From the NCBI GenBank assembly GCA_044892505.1, contig CM097882.1, positions 397,234,001 to 397,298,000 on the forward strand: DNA of 64,000 bases, given 5' to 3'. Under the pieces are notes generated by a model that searched no databases, was not told where the DNA came from, and saw only the letters and a program-made list of their open reading frames with translations. Within the stretch, counting starts at the first letter, position 1. Each line of letters begins with the position of its first letter. This DNA is from Schmidtea nova. Lineage: Eukaryota. Shown piece after piece: positions 52,589 to 63,000 of this stretch. The translations under genes were made by a program, and so were the position numbers.

Positions 52589-55500
52589 TTTCAAAACATA
52601 TCAAAACATTTTTTTTCACAAAATTTTTGGCACTGCATTTTTTAAATGTTTGTTTATTAAAGATAAATTGTTTAATAGCAAATTATTTATAGCAAATTGT
52701 TTAAAGAGAAGAAAATTAATTTTTTGTCTTAAAAAAACAAGTGTATAAAATTGCAAATAATATCCAAGGTGAAATAAATTCAAAGATTTTAACTTTTATA
52801 GCGCTATGGACACATGTGTTCGGCAAAATCGTTCACCGCGGGCTACGAACTAATATATTGGTATTCACACAACCATTTAATCTGGGCTATAAACGCACAT
52901 TTGCGATTGATGCTTGTAAGCCTAGCGATATAAAAACATAGTACACCATGTTTCAATCAATATATTTTACAATGAAATTTCAGAGTTAGTAAGCCCAGCA
53001 CGCGAGTTGTCATAAAATGTTTGCAGCCCACAATACACGCTCAATGTCGCACAACTCAGTACTCAAATGGTTAATGAATGATAAGTAGAAAAATAAATTA
53101 TAAATGAAAAATAATAATAACTTGTTTCACTTAATGTTGAAGTAATTGCCGTTTCGATTGTTGTCATTATTGTTGATGTGGAAACTATAACCAGTCAAAT
53201 ACATAAATTTATATACAGATATTATTAGCCTACCGGTTGTAATGCAGTCAGCTATTATTTCTTTTTCGCATTCAAATCCGTTTATTTTACACGTACTAAA
53301 TTTATAATAAAATTATTTCAAAACATTAAAATAACCATTTATGACAGTTTTTAATTATAGTCATTCCTAAAGGATATTCTTTGCCATTTTCATCTTTGCA
53401 TGTGCATTGAGGTTTTTCAGATACACATTGATCTAATATGCATAATACAATAAAATATTATAAATATTAATTTTATTGATTAAAAAGCATTAAATATTTG
53501 CAATATATTTAATTTTTTTGTAATCACTAAATTTAAGCAAATTTTTTTTTAAATTTTAGCAAAGTAATTTCAGAAATTTCCATAATTTTATTTTAAAGAC
53601 TATAGATAGGGTTGCCTGGTGAAACATTAAAGGATACCGGACAAAATTTTAAAATAAACCTTAGACTATGCTATTTTTAAAAAAAACTAAATTTTAAAAT
53701 AAAAATAAGATATTTTTATTATTTTTTATATTTTTCATTCTGCGAAGTAGCTTTTAGCAGTTTTTTATTTTTAGAAAATATTTCTTTTAACATTTTGGCA
53801 TATATAAGGAATATTAAAGAAGATACAAAATTCGCTTTTTACTAAATTCAACGACATCCGATTACGTTCGTTAGTCCATAGATTGCCCGTCACACTAAAA
53901 ATTAATATAAAATTATATTTAGTTTTTCACTTAATAATTCAAACTTTAGATTAATTTATCACTTTACTATACCGGCAGAAAACTTTAAATAATACTTTAA
54001 TATTTTGCATTTCATATTAAACTACAATTTTTATAAAATAAAATTTTCAATAGCCTACTACGGTATAAAAAATTTGAATTTCAAAATTTTCAAAGCATTA
54101 GGAGAAATACCGGACAAATGTACGTCCGGTCCTTCTAACTTTTTTCCCACCGGACAAGTAGTTGAATTAATGGACTGTCCGGTTCGAAACCGGATACCTA
54201 GCAACCGTAACTATAGATCAAAGTTTTTTTATTTGCAAACGAATTCTTGGTAATGTGATTTTCTTACACACTATAAATAGGCAGTGCCGAAAATCCGCGT
54301 GGCAATATAACAGAAATTTAATCTAGTCTTAAAAATACAATTATGGAAATTACTAGAATAGAAAAGAAAAAATCAAAGATGAATGAAATAACATTTGCTA
54401 CTGATTAAGAAAATAATATTATATAATATATAAAAAAAATTATCGGATGACTGTTTTAAAAACAAATTAAAAAGTATCACTTTGTGATACACAGTGCAAT
54501 CTTTGCGTCTCATTTATAGCACCAATGACAGCCAATAGCTCAAAACTAGTGTATCACAAAACTAGGGTATCACAAAGCTTTACCTTTTATTAATATTATA
54601 TAAGTTATATTTTATATGAATTTAATTTTTTTTAAGTTTCCAAGGTAAATTAAGCTATTTACTTAAGATTATTAAATTATACAATAATTAATACCGTCTT
54701 TTAAATATGTGTTATTTTTGCAAAAGCATCCTTCCATACAATCTGAAATACAACTTCTAGTTCCTATACATGTTTCTGGACAAACTTTTTCACAAGGTTT
54801 ATATTCTCGATCTGGTGGACACATGATTGCTGGAAATTTTTGAATAAACACATGTAAATCATATCAACTATATTTACGGCAATTTTCATAGTTTCTCCAT
54901 TGAATCTTTATATTGTATCTGTTGCATTCATGTACATATTGAGATATTGCTGTGCACACACAAAGACAGTCATCCCCGCGATCACAAGCACAAGAATCTT
55001 GTACGCATTTATCATAATATAACTGGTATCTTACAGTGCTATGACAAGGCTCAAAAGTTTCACTTTTCAAAATAGAACAACGTTTAATGGCCCAACTTTC
55101 TCTAAATTTGTTAATATCACATGGGTTTTTAGTAACTTCAGGATATGGACATGATGTCTTAAGTTTCCAGCTGTCAGCAAATGCATTTACATCCGCATCA
55201 ATTATCCCAGCTCGATTTCTAAAAATATTAAATTTTTAATCATTAATAATGTAAATTTTTTCAATGATTAACATATTCAACTATTTGGGTCACAACTTTA
55301 TTTTAGAAAAAAATTAATTAAATATTATTTTAATAAAATCATTTTTCTTATTGTTCAATTTTAATCTTTTTCTCTTTTTGTTCGTCTTTATTTACTTTTC
55401 TATTAAAGAGAAATATTTTTTATATTTAGTAGAAAATATTTTACACTTAATTCTAGTTAGTTACATACAATTTTTAAAAGAACGTTATTTGAAAATTTTC

Positions 55501-57000
55501 TCTCTATCATATAATGCATAATCTGTCCAATTTCACGAAGTAGCTCTTTTCTACAGTTATATTATGTTAGACATTAAAAATGATTAACTTTATTTTAACT
55601 TATTGATTTGAATTTTTGCTTTATTTTAATTTACAACATGATGTTTTTATTCTTACATGTCAACAAAAAATCCTCGTTCATCTTTCCTTGTCAAATTTCA
55701 GCAAATATTTCTTTTAAAACTTTATGTTGTATTTATTATTAAAGATTTATTTAAAATAAATTTGGCATATTAATTTGAATTTTGCCAAATAGTCATGGTA
55801 ACGGTAGCTAAATTTAAGAAATGTACTTANNNNNNNNNNNNNNNNNNNNNNNNNNNNNNNNNNNNNNNNNNNNNNNNNNNNNNNNNNNNNNNNNNNNNNN
55901 NNNNNNNNNNNNNNNNNNNNNNNNNNNNNNNNNNNNNNNNNNNNNNNNNNNNNNNNNNNNNNNNNNNNNNNNNNNNNNNNNNNNNNNNNNNNNNNNNNNN
56001 NNNNNNNNNNNNNNNNNNNNNNNNNNNNNNNNNNATAAAATTAAATAATATATAATAAATAAATAAAATGTTTGGAGTAAAATTGACAGTGTAAACGATA
56101 TGATGTTCTGGAATTCGGTGAAAAAGAAGGAAAACAAAAATTTTAAAAATAAGAAGATAATAGCAAAATTAAAGAAATCAAAAAAAAGTAAATGAAGGTT
56201 ATTGCTAATTAATAATTACAAAAGGGAAAAATAAATTCCAAAATTGAAAACAAAAACAAGAAAGAAATTCATATATTGACAGCTGGTCAGAGATAACAAG
56301 AGTGCAGAAGAAAAATTGAAACAACAAAAAGGAAAGAATGGCAAATCTCGACATCTGTCAGAAATAATGCAGTAGTTATGAAAAAAGTAGAGTATGCTGG
56401 AGGCAAAGAAAGGCGAAAACAACAATAATCTCAAGTACCAGAGAAGGGCAGTCTATAAAAATGATAAGCTACAGTTGATGAATAATAAAAAATTAGTAAA
56501 AGTAAAGTATTGGAAGTTAATTAATTAGTGGAGACAAATTCGTAGAGAATATATATAGAAGAATTTGAGAGTATATACTAAAAACGAGTTTTTAGTAATT
56601 TATAGAGTTCAAGCGAGAAATAACGAATCCAAAAATCAATTGAATACTAACAGAGGAAAAACCTAACGAGTAAAATAACCAAGTCAAAGTCAGAGAGGAC
56701 AATTAGATCGATTTTCCAATTGTTGAATCTAAGTCAGTAGTGGGTGATAGTAAATTATAGATACTATACGCTAATGCTATTCTTCGTGAAGTGTTGTAAT
56801 AAGCACTGTATAGTAACCCGTGGTGATATTGAATAGGTCATGTAAATGTAATCTGTTTTGTCATTTGTAAAAATAAATAAAGGTTTAAATTGTCTGAAAA
56901 TCAAATAAAGCACGCTTGTAGTCAGATAACTAATTGGTTAATTTGTATATCATCAACAACCCAATAACACAACATTCTATTTAATTGTACTTGACGTTCA

Positions 57001-57065
<65 letters not shown>

Positions 57066-60000
57066 AATTATTTTACACAGCAACACAAATGTTTTTTGCA
57101 AGAATTCATTAGTAAATATTACCGTAGGTCATTGTCAACATTGTCATCAAAATTTCCGCACAATCCGCAAACATTACTTTTATATTCCGGTGACAAAATG
57201 ACATCAACTGACAATTGCCGATCCCATTGAATAGTGACTTCTTTCGTAACTATGACAATGCTGCTGATGTAATCATGTTTGGAAAATATTCCCGTTCCCA
57301 AATAAGGTGACCAAGTAGGATTTCTGCCGATTATTGGTGCAGCACCACGAATCAAATGAATAATGTGATCTTTATAGTAGAATCTTATTGATTTAGTACA
57401 ACTTGTACCCTTGGCACCGCATTCTACATTTTCGATTACTATTCTGAATATTCCGGATTTTTTGTTGCAATAGTCTTCCAGTAAAACATAACTACAGTCT
57501 CCTTGAAAATCGAAAAACTTCCCATCAAAAGACATGTAATGTGATTCACCCCATGCTTTGCATAAACCTTAATAATTTATAAAATATTATTGTCTCATCT
57601 AATTTATTATAAAAGATTTAATGATTTACCAGCACAGTCTCGTTTTGGACATTCCCATTTTCCACTTCTGCAAGTACTGCATTAAAATTTATATTTAAAA
57701 TTCAACTAAAATTATAGCATTATATACCATGTCAATTGGCATTCAAATGGGCCACGAGTTATCACTGCCGATTCATTGAAACTTTGATTTTGCCAAAAAC
57801 ATGGACATTCACCTTTTGGGATACACTTGTTGTTATCATAGACTTCTCCGTTTTCGCAATAGCATCCGGGTTCACAGGAATTTGGATCACAAATTAAATT
57901 CATGTCTCTACATGTTCTTTGACAACCACCACAATCTTTCCATACTTTTCCATTAGGACAATAGCTCTGTGCTGCATTTTATACATAATTTAATAGTAAA
58001 TTATCAGATGTTGTATTACACGAGCAATCTTTAGTTGTACAGTTCCACAATCCGTTGATGCAAGTGCATGTATTGCAGCGATCTTTTCTTTCTTCTTTAG
58101 CATTATAATCTCTTCCCATATACTCGCACTTGCAGTCTTCAACTTTAACGCAATTTCCGCTTTTTTCTTCAATAACCATATCCTAAAGAATCTGAGTAAA
58201 AAGACATTGAGATATTTATAAGCTTACATCAGGACATTGGCAACCATCTATACAATCGTTATCGCAATTCGGTCTTTGTCTTAGTCGGCAAGTCGCGGAA
58301 CAACTTGATCCACATTCTTTGTAAACCATATTCTTTGGACATGTTACAGCTAAAAATATAAAATTGTTAGAGAAACTCCGAATCTAAAACATTATTACGG
58401 CAAAACTCTGGCGTTCTCCACTGAAATTGAATTCCTTTAATTGAGCATATTCTAGCATATGCAGAGTACGCTGAGCATTCGCAATTTACGGTGCTGGCAT
58501 TTCTCAATAAGCCACAGTTACAAACATCATGTTTACATTGAGTAACAAATTTATCCGATGAAACCAAGGCTTCGCAATCTTTGAATGGACCTTAAATTCA
58601 CTAAATTAAAAGAATTAATCCTAAAGTTTATCTGACCTTGTCCGAATTTCCCGCAAACTTCATTGGCAATCTTTCCCCATTCAATACTTGTTTCACATAA
58701 TCCAAGATACGACTGCCTTAATACTTCTCCATGACAAGTTTGAGTTAATCTATATCTCGCTGCTAATTCAGAATCATCCTTTGCCGGCGCACCGTCAGGC
58801 ATGATGTTGTCGTCTTCGGGATCTCCATTGAAATTTCCACATAGCCCGGTTACCTAAGACGCATTTACTACAATTCTTTTGTCCCTAAACTCCATTTACC
58901 TTTTTCGCGTATTTAGCCGACAAAACTAATTCTATTCGTGAATCGTCTTTCCGAAAAACGCTAAACAGATCTCCTGCCTCAATCTTTAAGCCGTCGCTTG
59001 TGACTTTAAACACTGAAATTTCTACACCTTTATTGACTTTGGACGGTATAATTGCGATCTTGCTGTTTATTAATACTTCGGTTTTGGATTTAATTCTAAA
59101 TTCAATTGGATAAAATCTGCGTTATTTTGATTCACAAACATACTCGATTTCAGTTTGATTTAAACCTTCTCCGAAAAGTATTTTTATTCCTTTGGCACAT
59201 GTTATATCTTCGGAATTAAAACAAAATTTATTTTCAACGATAATTGACAATTGCGGCATGTCACTCTCGATTTCTTTAGGCATAACAGCAATATATTGGC
59301 ATTGTCCTTCTACAAAAATGTGTTGATTGTCAAAGGTAACAAAGTGCGGATCTCCAGTAATGATACATCTCGACGAACATTGGTCGTGAGTGTCGCAATT
59401 CCATAAACCTCGACTCTCGCATAGACTGCAAACGGAAACGAAAGTTAAGTTTCTATGTTGTGATATCATTTACCAATTTTGGCAGCCTTTCTTCATTTTA
59501 TCACCGAATTTATATGAATTTATTTGTTTTGCTGATGCTCGGTATTCACATGGACATTCATCTGCTCTTTTGCATTGGTTCTTGTACCAAAAGAAGTCTA
59601 TTTAAAAGAATGTTATACATTACTTATTATATAAATTTATTTTAATAATTAATTTAATTTTTCTTAATGAAAGTCAATTTATTTTTTAACTAATCTATTT
59701 CTGTCCAAAGTATGATATAAGGCAGGGCTTCTTAAACTTTTTTCATTCACGACCCCATCTATGATTGTGGATTTTTTTTGGTGACCCCATATAAATATAA
59801 AATACAGATATATAAATATTTTATGATGATTTATTGATTAGGTTTAGAATTTGTTTAGAAACATATAAAAATATAAAATTCAAAATTGAACAAAAAGTTG
59901 TTAAATTGTATTTATTATAGTTACAAATATTATATGCTGTATTTTTCATCAAAATTTCAGTTTTGGTAATAAAACATTTAAATTTTATTTTAAATTCGTG

Positions 60001-63000
60001 TATTTAAATATTTTACATTTAAATCTCGTGACCCCGTTTGGGATCGCGACCCATAGTTTAAGAAGTCTTGATATAAGGTAAGCAAGACGAATGAACACAA
60101 GTGAGGGTAATCATAATACAATGTGCTTATTCTGATGCCTGTAAAATATTTAATCTTTTGAAAAACTTATATAAAGCAATTTTAAGTCGTTGAAATACTG
60201 TTTTGTATACAGGACAGTCTTTCAACTATATAAAAATTTAACATAAGATTAACTAATTAGTGCATAAGATTATTTTGATATCAATCGCAACATTTCTTTG
60301 AACAAAAATTATTCATAAGCTTAAACGTGACATTAAAGATCGATGTATACATAAACCAACTTATATCCTTTTAAAACAAATTCCTGCTATAAGCAGAGAA
60401 ATGTGTAGAGCATTCAAATCATACATACAGTCAGATGCACTTGACAACTAGATACAAATAAATACATCCGAGTCTATTTTAACCTATCCAGCTAACACAC
60501 AAAAAATCACTTGAGCGTGATCGAAAATATTGAAATGGTGTATTATCACAAAATAAATTAAACCATGATTATTTGGTGGTATAAACAAATAAACAGCAAA
60601 TGTCCATTATAGAACATAATATTGCGCTTTGTAAATTGTTACTATGTCTAAATAGTTCTTTGGTAAACATTTGGTCATATTTATGCAGCAGTTTATTTAT
60701 TTTTATTTCAAATAAATTGTTAAAAGAAAACTGGGGACTGACTAAAGCTACTTATATAAAAACGAAAACAAATAACAATAAAATGTAAAATTTTTAATGG
60801 CTGACTTCTTTTGAGCTTATCTACATTTTATCGGCACCATGTAAGAAACTCATTCTTTCAAGGCACTAATGAAAGCCAAAAATGCTTTAAACATTAAAAT
60901 CTTAATTTTAATCATTAAGTCATCCGAATCCAAAAAATCATCGGAACTAGAAAATATTCAATATTCAATTGTTGTTTCATCTAGGAGAAAAGAAATGGGG
61001 AGACATTTTCATTAATGAAAATCTTAATTGGACGAAAGCCCTGGTTTAACACTAGACATACCAATGCGGTCAAATGACAGCCTTTTAGACTTTGATCAAA
61101 ATTTTTAAATACAATTTTTTCGATTTTCCTCAACTTTTTTTACTTTTTCTTTAATATATAGATATTTAATTTTTCAACATTTATCTCTCTATTTCTTTCG
61201 TCTTTGCTGATCATCCTATGCGTTGTACCGCTATCTACCATGGCAGGTTTTTTAGCAAATAAAAAATGTTTTAACTTAGTGTTCATATGGCCTTTATGAC
61301 ATTTTCAAATAATTTTTAATAAAGAAATATTTTTAAGAAAAAATTATTACAAAATAGTCTGTACCTTTTCTACAATAACAACCAGGAGTACAAATTTTTG
61401 AACAGTCCACATCGTCATTGTTGAATCCGCATCTGTTATTGCAATTATTTCCACAGTCAGACCAAATCATTTTATTCGGACAAATTGGTTCTTCTAAATA
61501 CATAAAGAAATTTCATTTACCTATTTACTTAATGGCAAATAAATTTAAAATATAATATATTATAATTTTATTCATTTCTTTACCACAGTCTAATTTATAT
61601 CTCCAATTGTTGCTGATGACATTGTCCGGGGAGCTCAAAAACGCGATATCCCTTAATAAGTCACACGAGTTTTTCTTATTTTTCATTTGACAAAATTCTG
61701 CATAACAAATTTCATCGAATTTTTTTCCGAAAATTGCTATGACTTTCTCGCACGTTGCCATCTGAAGTTTTGTAAAAAATAATCAAATTGATCTAGTTTT
61801 AAAATATTCCAAATACTTCATTCAGATCACAATTTATCATTTGAATAGCCGGATCAGGCTTCAAACGGTTTTCTCTCGATACTGATAACCATGTTTTTAT
61901 GAAATCCAGATCTGAATAAATTGGGTTCATTGACGCATCAACCGTTTCGAACTTGTCTTCACCATTGCCATCGTAAAGACCGCACAAGCCACAGACTTGC
62001 TTTTTCATTGTCGCTGGAGCAAACACAAAAATTGATCCTTTTTTATTGTAGAAAATACTCAAATCTATCCAGAAAATATTTTATGTTAAAACTGAAAGTC
62101 TTTTGCTTAAAAACCGAACCTTTGATTCCTTTGACATAGAAATATTGTCCCCGGTCAGATATTTGAAATTCGGCTTTGCTATATGGGAATGAATAACTGA
62201 TATTTCCAACTTTCACTCCTTCTGATGAAAGGTAAGTCGATTCAACACTATCTTTGAATAGGAACTAAAATAATCAAAAATACTTATTATTATAATAAAT
62301 TATTAATAATTATTATTATGATAATCATNNNNNNNNNNNNNNNNNNNNNNNNNNNNNNNNNNNNNNNNNNNNNNNNNNNNNNNNNNNNNNNNNNNNNNNN
62401 NNNNNNNNNNNNNNNNNNNNNNNNNNNNNNNNNNNNNNNNNNNNNNNNNNNNNNNNNNNNNNNNNNNNNNNNNNNNNNNNNNNNNNNNNNNNNNNNNNNN
62501 NNNNNNNNNNNNNNNNNNNNNNNNNNNNNNNNNNNNNNNNNNNNNNNNNNNNNNNNNNNNNNNNNNNNNNNNNNNNNNNNNNNNNNNNNNNNNNNNNNNN
62601 NNNNNNNNNNNNNNNNNNNNNNNNNNNNNNNNNNNNNNNNNNNNNNNNNNNNNNNNNNNNNNNNNNNNNNNNNNNNNNNNNNNNNNNNNNNNNNNNNNNN
62701 NNNNNNNNNNNNNNNNNNNNNNNNNNNNNNNNNNNNNNNNNNNTAACTTTGATTGTAATTTCACAATCATCACTGGTTTTATTTGAACAGCTTTCATGAG
62801 GAATAACAATTATTTGATAGGTAGGCGGTCGATTTAGGCAATCTTGGACTAAAACCATATTTCCAGTGAAATTTGTTTGGACTGTTTTAGTTCTATCGAA
62901 TGTTTTGTAAGACCTCCCATTCATATATGCGCATTGTGCTTGTTCGGCTAACTCAAAGTTCTTAGCCACTAGAATAAACATATTGCAGTTCAAAATTAAA

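Noticed and set aside
59117-59143. Apparent 27-nt intron in VWD2
   Set aside because: An in-frame TTTAG acceptor 21 nt further gives a 48-nt intron, in line with the other short introns of about 46-60 nt. A tandem-acceptor choice cannot be excluded.
61045-61290. piggyBac-like terminus TTAACACTAG (similar at about 26675)
   Set aside because: No convincing second TIR or TTAA duplication.
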